Source of the DNA: an uncultured archaeon
GTDB taxonomy: Archaea > Thermoproteota > Nitrososphaeria > JACIWG01
DNA length: 64,000 nucleotides
Direction: 5' to 3'
Assembly (NCBI GenBank): GCA_938034445.1
Contig: CALHLD010000010.1
Span: forward strand, 6,774 to 70,773
In this document: piece by piece, positions 1-9,139 of the stretch
How the letters are laid out: each line of letters opens with the position of its first letter
Position numbering within the stretch: the stretch's first letter is position 1
Notes under the pieces: model-generated
Seen by the model: only the letters and a program-made list of their open reading frames with translations
What the model was told of the DNA's origin: nothing
Databases searched by the model: none
Position numbers and translations under genes: made by a program

Positions 1-1691
1 TCCTACCAACTTTAGAATATAAAGGTCTCATAAAACGTAAAGGAAACAGTTACCTACTTAATGATAAAAGACAATTGTTTGCTGAGGTTAAGCTTGAATT
101 TCAAAAATTTAAACAATTATCAGAAATGGAGAAATATCATGACTATGGCTACGTCTTCATGACCAAGGAGAGAGATTACCGTTTTATTACACTCAGGGAA
201 TTCGAGACCTTGGTAGAAAACCTTTACCAGAAGACACAAGAAATGGTTGGACTTAATGATGAGGTAGCACTTCAAAAATTATCATTATTGAAGCGATTAT
301 TACAACATTTCATGGAAGAATTTTTACCTCTCTTTAATGGCGCTAGCAGTAAAGCTGAGGATGTAATAATAGACGTCCGTAGACTTCATTCTAATCTTAA
401 AGAGAGCCTAGACCAGGTTAGAGTTGAATGTGATAAGTGGCTTAAGCTAAAATTCAGCGTTGAGAACATAAGTGAATATAGAGATGTAAAGAGGATATCG
501 GAAAGTGTAGAAGAGTACATAAAGTACGGGTATGATGAGGTAATGAAGGTTGTTAATGAGGAGTTCGTAAAAAGTGATGATGCGCTAAACGCCTTCTTCT
601 TCAGGAAGAGTGATGAAGAAGCCTTCTATTTTAATCCAAAACTTTACCTAATATCCACACGTAAATCCCAACTTGATCAAATTTTTACAAGGATAGATAA
701 AATTGTTAAAGAAGAATTAAATAATAAATTTCGAACTCTTGATCAAAGACAGGATCAAGTCGAGCTTAAAATAAGGGAAAAAGTAGTTCCTGAGAAGAAT
801 AGAGTTTCTAACCTGCTTCTGGGAATATTGGAGAAATTGGTGAAGAATATACTTCCTGATTTACAGCCAGCAATTTTTGAAACGATAAGCTTAACAGATA
901 TAAGAGAGTATGTTCTCCGCGAGATACCGTCGATAAATTCGAACTTAGACACTATATCGAGTTGCTTAACTTTTTTTGATAAAGTAGTTGCAAGTGAAAG
1001 TTCATTCCTAGCCGTGCTTGAAGAAAGCAAGAAACTAAGTGAGCACATACTCTTTATTTTTGACGTCAAAGAATACGACGTCATAGCTAAAAATTTTAAC
1101 TCCATATTAAACAGCGTAGAAAGTGAAGAATATAACAAGATCTCAGGAGACCTCACCCTCCAAGACGCTCAAACTTTATCACAAAAAATGGAAAATCTAA
1201 AACAAATGTTTGATGAACTTACAAAACAAGTAAAAGACGAGAAATCATCAATAGACAAGGCATGGTCTAAATATTCAAGAGATTCAATCGAATATCTCGA
1301 TAACACCGAATATATCCTTAGGTTGTTAGAAAAACGTTATGGGATTAATATTGGAGAAGTTGTAACTGAGTTAAGGAAGATACGAGAAAGTATTAGTGTG
1401 GGACAAATTCTAAATCTTAAACTAAGACTTAGCGAAATTGAGCACATGAAAACTCAACTCCGTCAGTATTTTTATGAAGTTATAAAACCAGTATTGAAGG
1501 AAAAAGAGCTTCAGCTTTTGGAACTACTTGTCAAAAAAACAAGGTTAGAGGGGAAAGAATGGTGGTCTAATCAAGAGCTTTATCAAATTGCCAAAAACGA
1601 ACTTGGCATCCAATCAGAGGAGACCGAAGAAATACTTCAGAAACTTATTGAACAAGGGCTTTTTAGACGAGGGGTATCTCTATCCTTCTGA
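1..1691 (+). CDS. Large coiled-coil protein with winged-helix-like segments (5'-truncated by the window edge)
   Basis: Frame is open from position 3 (LPTLEYKGLIKRKGNSYLLNDKRQLFAEVK...), so the TTG at 75 is probably not the true start. Long E/K/L-rich helical body. C-terminus (WWSNQELYQIAKNELGIQSEETEEILQKLIEQGLFRRG) and the LEYKGLIKRKGNSYLL segment resemble wHTH recognition helix plus wing. Confidence 0.7.
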   Translation, partial: LPTLEYKGLIKRKGNSYLLNDKRQLFAEVKLEFQKFKQLSEMEKYHDYGYVFMTKERDYRFITLREFETLVENLYQKTQEMVGLNDEVALQKLSLLKRLLQHFMEEFLPLFNGASSKAEDVIIDVRRLHSNLKESLDQVRVECDKWLKLKFSVENISEYRDVKRISESVEEYIKYGYDEVMKVVNEEFVKSDDALNAFFFRKSDEEAFYFNPKLYLISTRKSQLDQIFTRIDKIVKEELNNKFRTLDQRQDQVELKIREKVVPEKNRVSNLLLGILEKLVKNILPDLQPAIFETISLTDIREYVLREIPSINSNLDTISSCLTFFDKVVASESSFLAVLEESKKLSEHILFIFDVKEYDVIAKNFNSILNSVESEEYNKISGDLTLQDAQTLSQKMENLKQMFDELTKQVKDEKSSIDKAWSKYSRDSIEYLDNTEYILRLLEKRYGINIGEVVTELRKIRESISVGQILNLKLRLSEIEHMKTQLRQYFYEVIKPVLKEKELQLLELLVKKTRLEGKEWWSNQELYQIAKNELGIQSEETEEILQKLIEQGLFRRGVSLSF

Positions 1692-1717
1692 AGAATTATG
1701 GCACTAGTCGATGAACC

Positions 1718-2527
1718 ATGTTGAGTTTTAGAGCTAAAAGAGGAATTTTATATATGCAGATGCGCAGGGAGCTTTATCAAAAGGTTTCATGTAAGAGAGG
1801 CAAAGGTGTAGGGATTAAGTTTTCTCTTTGCTTTTATAACCCTCATGAAGTTTATGTTGCCTTAACAAAAAATTCTGAGGTTAAAAGATGGTTAAACTTT
1901 ATATCTAATCACTATCTTCCACCTCGAGCTAAGGTTCTCTTGATTTATCCTTGCTCAGCGGAAAAACCATATCATAAATCAAGGTCTTATCAACGACTAT
2001 TTAATACCCTCACAAAGTTAGGAGAAATGAGAAAAGAGGTTCACCTGATGACAATTTCTGAACCATTTGGTCTAGTTCCAGAGGAATTTTTTGGGAAAAG
2101 GACTCAATGGCATGACTGGGAAAACTCCTGGTACGATTGTCCTGGACTATTTGAATGGTGGTGTAATAAATACGATCAGCCTTATAGCAGAGAAGAAGTG
2201 GACAAATGTATACAAATTTTAGCCTCTTATGTTGCTCGCTTTTTTCAAAGGGCGAAGTCGAATAACTGCTATTCAAAATTCATCGCTTTTGTCAGAACTT
2301 ATTCTTCCCACTTAAAGGTAAAAAACGACCATACACACAGAAGGATAATCGAGTCAGCTGCAAAGCTTGCCGGTATTCAGATAGACCTGCTTCCACCTAA
2401 ACATGTTATCGCAAACATAGTATCTGAAAATGGATGCTTCGCATGGGATATGTATGGGGTTACACATTCAGACGCTCAAAAATATCTACTTAACTATTTG
2501 AAGAAAGTGTTGATTAATGAGTTTTGA
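1718..2527 (+). CDS. Stand-alone archaeosine synthase (ArcS/DUF5591-type) catalytic-domain protein
   Basis: LLIYPCSAEKPYHKSRSY matches the ArcS PCx3KPYx2Sx2H motif (H->Y). TISEPFGLVPEE and WYDCPG match downstream ArcS motifs. No PUA domain. Confidence 0.75.
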   Translation: MLSFRAKRGILYMQMRRELYQKVSCKRGKGVGIKFSLCFYNPHEVYVALTKNSEVKRWLNFISNHYLPPRAKVLLIYPCSAEKPYHKSRSYQRLFNTLTKLGEMRKEVHLMTISEPFGLVPEEFFGKRTQWHDWENSWYDCPGLFEWWCNKYDQPYSREEVDKCIQILASYVARFFQRAKSNNCYSKFIAFVRTYSSHLKVKNDHTHRRIIESAAKLAGIQIDLLPPKHVIANIVSENGCFAWDMYGVTHSDAQKYLLNYLKKVLINEF

Positions 2528-3533
2528 AACACCCTTTTTGTGGTTCACACAGACTTTAAATGGAGCACCTAAGCCTTGGCTATATTTTAAGATAGATGGA
2601 TTAATGGTGAACGCATACGAAATACTTCAAAACAAGTCAGCTAATGAAAAGATTAGGGGTGAAGGGATACACGAATATACAAAGTTTGATGATTTAATAA
2701 TGATGGATTCCGGAGGCTTCCTGTTTATGAAAAAGGAAAGTGTTGATGTCACTCCAGAAATGATTTTAAGGCTTTATGAGGATAGTGAACCAAATTTTGG
2801 CGTTATCTTAGACCATCCATTGACTCCTAACTTACCATACACGATTAGTAGGTGGAGGCGGTTGAAGACGCTAAATAATATAAAATGCATGCTCAAAATA
2901 AGGCGAACAAATAACCCTGAACTAATCCCAGTAGTTCACGGCTACAGTATTAAGTCAATAAACTGGTACCTAAAGAAGTTACAGGAGATAGGAGACTTTA
3001 ACATTTATGGTATAGGAAGCTTAGTTCCATCAGTTTATAACACTAAAGGCGCAGGCGGAATCTACAACATTATAAGAATTATATCGTGGGTTAAAAAGGC
3101 TTTGCCAAATAAACTTGTTCACGTATTCGGAGTCGGCAGCACTTTAACCATGCACTTAATGTTCTATGCTGGAGCGGATTCAATCGACAGCTCATCCTGG
3201 AGGACAAAAGCTGCATTCGGTGCAATCCAACTACCAGGAATAGGCGACAGGCATATTTCACCAAAAAAAAGGCATAAGAAATATACTCAGCTGAAAAGGG
3301 AGGAAATCAAAATACTTGATAAATGCGAATGTCCAGCCTGTAAGAAAAGCGGAATCGAAGGATTAAAAGAAAGCTTTACTTTAAGAGCATTACATAATGC
3401 TTGGGTCTATCAAAAGGAAATCGAAAAAGTAAGGAAACTTGTTAAAGATAATGAATATAAGGAGTATGTTGAACAGACTATAGGGAAAACAAGATTTTCA
3501 AAAGTGTTAGATATTATTAAAGACCAGCACTAA
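2517..3533 (+). CDS. Minimal TGT-fold guanine transglycosylase (arcTGT/DpdA-like paralog)
   Basis: MMDSGGF, LDHP, PVVHG, GIGSLVP, VHVFGVG and DSIDSSSW motifs, plus Zn site CECPAC...ALHN. 338 aa with no C-terminal PUA. Start overlaps the upstream gene by 11 nt. Confidence 0.85.
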   Translation: MSFETPFLWFTQTLNGAPKPWLYFKIDGLMVNAYEILQNKSANEKIRGEGIHEYTKFDDLIMMDSGGFLFMKKESVDVTPEMILRLYEDSEPNFGVILDHPLTPNLPYTISRWRRLKTLNNIKCMLKIRRTNNPELIPVVHGYSIKSINWYLKKLQEIGDFNIYGIGSLVPSVYNTKGAGGIYNIIRIISWVKKALPNKLVHVFGVGSTLTMHLMFYAGADSIDSSSWRTKAAFGAIQLPGIGDRHISPKKRHKKYTQLKREEIKILDKCECPACKKSGIEGLKESFTLRALHNAWVYQKEIEKVRKLVKDNEYKEYVEQTIGKTRFSKVLDIIKDQH

Positions 3534-3709
3534 CATAAGCCCTCATTAGATGGTTTCTTAAATCTCGTAAGGTCTCCTTTTGTTAATTTTGCAGAACTAT
3601 CTACAAAATTACTATTCCAAAGCCCTGACTTTCTAACCTTACCACTCCAAGCAAAATTTTCCAACCATTTTTCAGAAGGCTTTTGATTGTAGATAGTTCT
3701 GAAAAAAGG
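3530..3709 (-). pseudogene. 3' remnant of a putative nuclease-family gene
   Basis: Start-less 59-codon frame ...KPSEKWLENFAWSGKVRKSGLWNSNFVD... It resembles the PSxxWLG..KIRxSGLWN tail I recall from GIY-YIG-like proteins; family call from memory only. Confidence 0.4.
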
Positions 3710-3785
3710 TTAGAAAGTTCTTACTCACAGATGTTTTTAAGAACTTTAAATTATGTCGCTTTAAGTACAATTTGGTCTTAAAATT

Positions 3786-4049
3786 TTATTCTTTTATCCA
3801 TTTTCTTATCCTAGTATAGGCTTCTTTAATGTTACTCAAATCTAGTTTCACCTCTTTCCCATTCTCTGTTAAGAGGATAAGATGATCTTCTCTACAATCA
3901 ACATCCTTAATCTCTTCTTTCTTGTAAGTGATGATCCATTCGTTAGGGAGGATGTAGCCCATTATAGGGTCTGGTGAAGATATGGTAATAACCAGCTTGT
4001 CGTCTAATAAATGGACTGTTTCCCTGTAACCTTTAAATTTACTATGCAT
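3786..4049 (-). CDS. Hypothetical protein (small, beta-rich)
   Basis: ORF 3786..4139. ATG at 4049 avoids overlap with the upstream gene. Confidence 0.55.
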   Translation of the reverse strand: MHSKFKGYRETVHLLDDKLVITISSPDPIMGYILPNEWIITYKKEEIKDVDCREDHLILLTENGKEVKLDLSNIKEAYTRIRKWIKE

Positions 4050-4096
4050 CTTATTTATCCTAGTAGATATGCAAAATAAAATTTTGGTATCATGGG

Positions 4097-4816
4097 CTAG
4101 ATGTAGCCTCTTTCCTTTAATATTTTTCTTAGCATCCAATTTTTTGATGCTAGCTTTGAAAGTGTTTCCTCGATTCTGTCTTGTGGTGGAACAGTAAATT
4201 TTATGAACGTTCCTGTACGCCCGAATTCGTCTCTTTTTCCCAGCACTCTTTTCCTCTCAATAACCGTTTCTAAAGAGATGTTTAGTTCTCTAGCTACTTC
4301 AGCCTCTTTTCCGATTATGGACCTTTCTATGTGCCCAAATTCTTGTGGAAGTATTAGAAGGAGTCTTTTATTTACACCCTTTTTTCTAATATTATCTTCT
4401 ATTTCCTTTAGATCGATGGTTCCACCGAACCCATAAAATTCTATTTCATTTTTCAACATTTTGGCCAATGGAAATGAGACACACGTTTTCTCATAGGGGT
4501 CTAGGTAAATGTACGCTTTAGGAGTCGAATTTGGTGTCGCCTGTACCACTTCCCTCCTATATATTGTGTACTCTTTTTCTAGTACAAACTCGATCTTATA
4601 GGATGGAATATATTCTGTAAAAAATACGTCGATGTCACTATTTTTGTTCACATCTCCTCTTGCAATGCTTCCGTAGGTTCTACCGTAAATGCTGTTATCA
4701 TGTAAGAGTTTGATAAGTTTCTTTGCAGTTTCCCTTTTCTCTTTAAATATCTTCCACCTATCTTCATCATAGAATACTGTTCTCTCTACACCGCCTTTCT
4801 CTATCTTTTTACCCAT
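4097..4816 (-). CDS. Archaeal predicted nucleotidyltransferase (Pol-beta superfamily, COG2413-like)
   Basis: YGSIARGDVNKNSDIDV motif; VQATPNSTPKAY and GVNKRL, typical of this archaeal family. Confidence 0.85.
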   Translation of the reverse strand: MGKKIEKGGVERTVFYDEDRWKIFKEKRETAKKLIKLLHDNSIYGRTYGSIARGDVNKNSDIDVFFTEYIPSYKIEFVLEKEYTIYRREVVQATPNSTPKAYIYLDPYEKTCVSFPLAKMLKNEIEFYGFGGTIDLKEIEDNIRKKGVNKRLLLILPQEFGHIERSIIGKEAEVARELNISLETVIERKRVLGKRDEFGRTGTFIKFTVPPQDRIEETLSKLASKNWMLRKILKERGYI

Positions 4817-4906
4817 TCACATGAATAACCATTTATCGCCCCTATATAAATAATGTATTTAATATGCAATGTTTATATTATAAGCGTACAATTATCTATT
4901 TTAAGA

Positions 4907-6088
4907 ATGTCCTCGATCGAGTCTTTAGGCCAAAAAATTTTGCTAGGAACCTCAGGATGGGATTATGAAGATTGGGTTGGGCCATTTTATGTTTCCAATG
5001 AAAGAAAGCTTTCTCTGTACTCGCAGGTTTTTAAAACAGTTGAAATTGATTCAACATTCTATTCTTTTCCTACACCTAATTTTATTAGAGGGATTTCTAG
5101 AATTGTTCCAAAAGATTTTAAGTTCTCTGTCAAGCTTCCCAAAGAGATAACGCATAAGAAATTGTTGGATGTTAAGGAGGGTGCTTTAGATGACCTAAAT
5201 AGATTCTTGCATATTTTATCCCCTCTTGAAGAGGATGGCAAATTGGGTGCGCTCTTAATCCAAATGCCGCCGAAGGAAAAGTATTTAATGTTCAAAAACT
5301 TTAAGGAGTTTATAAGCGATATTGATGTTGAAAGATATGATTTTGTAGCAGAGTTTAGGGATAAAAGTTGGTTAGATGATGAAGTTTTAAAACTGTTGAG
5401 GGCTTATAAGGTCTCATTTTGTGTTGTTGATGAACCTCTATTGCCACCTTTGCTTGAGGTTACTGGAAGAATTGCTTATGTTAGGTGGCATGGTAGGGGT
5501 AATAGGCCATGGTATTATTACGAATATCGTGAGGAAGAGTTGGTTGAATGGGTTCCAAGATTAGTGAAGCTTGTTCAGGACGTAGAAGTATTATATGGGT
5601 ACTTTAATAATCATTTTAGAGGTTATGCGCCCAAAAATGCTTTGCAGATGCTAAAACTTTTGGGTATCGCTAATACTAGTCAAGAGGAAGTGTTGAAACA
5701 AGTTTTAGGCTATTTTGATAAACAGTTTGTTAACCATATAAAGGAGAGGGGTTCTGATGTCCTTTCTAAGGATGACCTTAACTTAATGCTTTCACTGTTT
5801 ATTGATAAAAGGAGATTAGAGCGGGCTATTGAAGATATTGATAAAGTTAGAGTTACTGAAATTGGATGCGAGATTATTTGTGGAACTGTTAAAGAGTACG
5901 TTTTCGAAATAAGTTTGAAGGAGAAAAGAATTTTTCACGACTGCGAAGATTGGAAGAAGAGGGCTTCAGCAAAACAGTTTTGTAAGCATATTGGAAGCGT
6001 TCTCCTATATCTTTCAAAAGAGATTTCGATTAACATTTTGAAAGACATTATCAGAAACATAGATGATTGGACTTTCCAAACGTCATAA
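4907..6088 (+). CDS. DUF72 protein with C-terminal SWIM zinc finger
   Basis: GTSGWDY, VEIDSTFY, AEFRDKSW, YVRWHG and YFNNH motifs (DUF72). C-terminal HDCEDW...FCKH (SWIM-like). ATG at 4907 preferred over 4853. Confidence 0.85.
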   Translation: MSSIESLGQKILLGTSGWDYEDWVGPFYVSNERKLSLYSQVFKTVEIDSTFYSFPTPNFIRGISRIVPKDFKFSVKLPKEITHKKLLDVKEGALDDLNRFLHILSPLEEDGKLGALLIQMPPKEKYLMFKNFKEFISDIDVERYDFVAEFRDKSWLDDEVLKLLRAYKVSFCVVDEPLLPPLLEVTGRIAYVRWHGRGNRPWYYYEYREEELVEWVPRLVKLVQDVEVLYGYFNNHFRGYAPKNALQMLKLLGIANTSQEEVLKQVLGYFDKQFVNHIKERGSDVLSKDDLNLMLSLFIDKRRLERAIEDIDKVRVTEIGCEIICGTVKEYVFEISLKEKRIFHDCEDWKKRASAKQFCKHIGSVLLYLSKEISINILKDIIRNIDDWTFQTS

Positions 6089-6097
6089 AAAATTTGT

Positions 6098-7120
6098 TTA
6101 GAGCCAATCTTTTAAAGACGGACTTCCAATATGCCTATAAAATTTTGTAAGCCTTTCAACTATCTTATCTATGTTCCTTTCTGAAAAGTTTCTTTGCCTA
6201 AAAAATTCTATTAGCTCATCTACTTCAGGTTCTTTAAACGCTATTGAATATTCGGTAACTATTTTAGGTTGCAAGAAGATTTTCCGTATCACCTCAAAAT
6301 TATTGATTTTTCCCCTAACCTTACTATTTGGAATCTTTTCTATGCAACCATATTCTTTTATTAAATTATAAGCTTTTTTTGGTCCAATCTTTGGTACACC
6401 CTTATTGAAGTCGGTTCCGCTTAAAATTGCTACATCAATTAACTGTTCTCTACTCAATTTAAGGTGCTTTAAAGTTTCTTCTAAACTAACTAGTTCTGGA
6501 ACTAAAGGTTTAATCATCATCTTTGATGGAAGAAATTCTGTACCCTGGATAGTAACATATCTAACAATTCTGGGGGCGCCGTATAATAGAGCGTCATAAT
6601 CTTGTGTAGCAACAGCCCACACATCATTTCTAGAACACATGTAAGATGCTTGTGCTTCTGCATCCTCTGGAGCAAAAATTATGGGAACACCCATTAACTT
6701 GAACATGTTTACAGCATCTTCAACAAGATCCTTGTCTAAGGTTGCTGAAACAACAGCTTTAGAAAATGCTTTTCTCAAGTCCCCCTTTTCTATTTCTTCC
6801 TTCCATTCCTTAAGCGCTTTAGCCCTTTGTGCTTTTCTTTCTTCGAGTGTTTTCAATTTTAGAACATTTGGTATACCATCGAAGACCATTACCGGTTTTA
6901 TACTATATTCGGCCATCAATTTTGTGATTCTTAAGGAGGCGCCAAGTAAATGTGAAGTTATTCTTCCACTATTATCTTTTAAGAGTGTGCCATCAGGCAT
7001 TCTAACGAGTGCAAGAAATTGGTATAGGAGATTATTTGCGTCGAAGGCTATAATCTTATTTGATAAAGTAGATAATTTTATCTTTTTAGCTTTAACTAAC
7101 GTGGAAAGTCTTGCTCCCAA
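6098..7120 (-). CDS. fen: Flap endonuclease 1
   Basis: AFDANNLLYQFL, GRITSHLLG, VFDG, AEAQA, QDYDALLYGAP, GTDFN; C-terminal PIP-like SLKDWL. Confidence 0.95.
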   Translation of the reverse strand: MGARLSTLVKAKKIKLSTLSNKIIAFDANNLLYQFLALVRMPDGTLLKDNSGRITSHLLGASLRITKLMAEYSIKPVMVFDGIPNVLKLKTLEERKAQRAKALKEWKEEIEKGDLRKAFSKAVVSATLDKDLVEDAVNMFKLMGVPIIFAPEDAEAQASYMCSRNDVWAVATQDYDALLYGAPRIVRYVTIQGTEFLPSKMMIKPLVPELVSLEETLKHLKLSREQLIDVAILSGTDFNKGVPKIGPKKAYNLIKEYGCIEKIPNSKVRGKINNFEVIRKIFLQPKIVTEYSIAFKEPEVDELIEFFRQRNFSERNIDKIVERLTKFYRHIGSPSLKDWL

Positions 7121-7224
7121 AAACCTTACCTAGCTGGATTTAGTGTGTCTAAAATTTTAATTTTACCAAAAAATAAATGTTGTGGAAAAATTGCCTTGAC
7201 TATTCTATTCCTATTCACTAGATC

Positions 7225-9069
7225 CTAGGATATTTGGCCGTATAGGTCTTTGGCCACATATTCTAGACCGTATCTTTTAAGTGTCTCCGGTAAAGGCTTG
7301 CCAGAAAGATCCCATCCCATTCCAGTATAGTATCTGTCGAGCATTTTGTCCCATACGTCCTTTAAGCTTCTTCCACTTGCTGGTCCAGCATCTGGTTCTG
7401 AACCATATCTTGGAGAGGGTCTATCAGCTTCTCTATGATTTATTCCATTGCGAACGTTGAAGGCTCTGAGAAGGTGCACGATCCTCCTGCCAACCGTCAT
7501 ACAGTCTTCCCAAGTAAAGTTCCATCCAGTAACTGCATTTAATGCTTGACTTAAGAGTTCAACATTTGTACGAGTATTGAACCTGCATGTTACAAGAGAA
7601 TCCTCGAACATCATTGCACCCTTATCATGCAACATTGAATCAACCAACTCCTCCCAATTTGGTGTTGGACCTATAGGTAACATTGCTCCCCAAGTCTCTA
7701 GTGTACCTGTGTTAGAGGTACATGTATCGAATTGTTCTGTCCACCTATTACGATGATCGTGGCCTCTAGGTGTATTACCCTTTAATGTGTGTATTGCAAG
7801 ATTTACCGCCTCTCCTCCAATTTTTTTAGCAGTCCTCATTACACCTTCTGCTAAAATGTCTCCAAAACCTTTACGTTTAGCTATCATCTCCAAAAGTCTT
7901 CTTACTCCGTCAACATTCCCCCAATAAAGTTCTATGCCATCCAACATTTCTTTGGTTAAAATGCCCTTTTGATAACATTCCATTGCGAAGCCTACAACCC
8001 AGCCTGCCTCATTTGTTTCAAGCCCAAGACAGTCTACATCTTTGCTAAGAATCATTGCACCAGTTATATCATCATTTCCGATATTTGGAGACCATGCTGC
8101 AAGCTGCTCATATTCTGGTTCCTCCAATATTTCTCCAGAATAAGGCCCTTCAGTTATCTTCATAATATAGCAGTGATGCAACTGACATGCCCAACAATTG
8201 TTTCTTTTTAAAGAAAATGTCTTTCTAATATAGTCTCCGCTAAACTTTATCCATCTGTCCTCAGGCAAAGTCCATTTACTGGTAGTATAATTCTTTACAG
8301 GTAATTGGAAGACTTTTGCATTATTATGGATTCCAGTTAAAGTACCATACTCATATATTTCTCTATATTGAGTTTTTACATTATCCAAAAGTTTTCGCGC
8401 TATTTCACTAACTCGCTTGATATCTTTTATTGGCACCCTATTTTTTCCAGGTTTAATAGCTATAGCTTTAAGCCTTTTAGAGCCCATGACAGCGCCAAGC
8501 CCATTATGTGATGCTGAATGGCCGTAGTCAAAGAATATGCCGGCAAATTTTACAAGATTTTCTCCAGCAGGACCAATTGATGCAACACACATTTGCCTCT
8601 CCTTGCAACCATGCCTTTCTTTTACTGCATCAGATGTCTTATATGTGTCCATTCCAGAAAGCCATTCAGCATCCTTTAACTCAACATTTTCAGAATCTAT
8701 ATACAAGTATTTTAGACTATTAGCCCTTCCTTGAACGATAATTCCAAAAAGGTTGCATAGTCTTAGATACGCTCCAAAGAAACCATTAGCTTGGCTTGTA
8801 CCTGCACCATTTGTTAATGGCCCTTTAGAAATAACTGAAACAGAGCCTGAGCCGTTTATTGGTGTCGCGTTAAGTGGGCCTGCAGCAAATATTAGCCTAT
8901 TTCTTGGGTCACACCATTCTACTTCTGGGGGTACTTCATCGTAAAGATATTTGGCGCCTAATCCTGTTCCGCCGACAAAATTTTTTAATGTCAATTCGTC
9001 GACAACAAATTTGTCGATTTTTTCTTTTTCAAGGTCCACACGTAACATGTATCCAAAATATTCCGACAT
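7225..9069 (-). CDS. aor: Aldehyde:ferredoxin oxidoreductase (W/Mo, AOR family)
   Basis: GGTGLGAK, SIGPAGENLV, GLGAVMGSKRLKAI, CWACQLHH, EEPEYE, GDILAEGV. Confidence 0.93.
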   Translation of the reverse strand: MSEYFGYMLRVDLEKEKIDKFVVDELTLKNFVGGTGLGAKYLYDEVPPEVEWCDPRNRLIFAAGPLNATPINGSGSVSVISKGPLTNGAGTSQANGFFGAYLRLCNLFGIIVQGRANSLKYLYIDSENVELKDAEWLSGMDTYKTSDAVKERHGCKERQMCVASIGPAGENLVKFAGIFFDYGHSASHNGLGAVMGSKRLKAIAIKPGKNRVPIKDIKRVSEIARKLLDNVKTQYREIYEYGTLTGIHNNAKVFQLPVKNYTTSKWTLPEDRWIKFSGDYIRKTFSLKRNNCWACQLHHCYIMKITEGPYSGEILEEPEYEQLAAWSPNIGNDDITGAMILSKDVDCLGLETNEAGWVVGFAMECYQKGILTKEMLDGIELYWGNVDGVRRLLEMIAKRKGFGDILAEGVMRTAKKIGGEAVNLAIHTLKGNTPRGHDHRNRWTEQFDTCTSNTGTLETWGAMLPIGPTPNWEELVDSMLHDKGAMMFEDSLVTCRFNTRTNVELLSQALNAVTGWNFTWEDCMTVGRRIVHLLRAFNVRNGINHREADRPSPRYGSEPDAGPASGRSLKDVWDKMLDRYYTGMGWDLSGKPLPETLKRYGLEYVAKDLYGQIS

Positions 9070-9139
9070 AATATGGAGTATGTAGAAAGTGTATATAAAA
9101 AAATTTTAATGCATAAAGAAGAAATGCCTATTGTAGGAT

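Noticed and set aside
1-3533. Calling this a canonical dpd island or the housekeeping tgtA/arcS pair
   Set aside because: No DpdB/C or DpdD-K recognisable in view, and both enzymes lack the size and domains of the canonical tRNA enzymes. Left as a candidate system.
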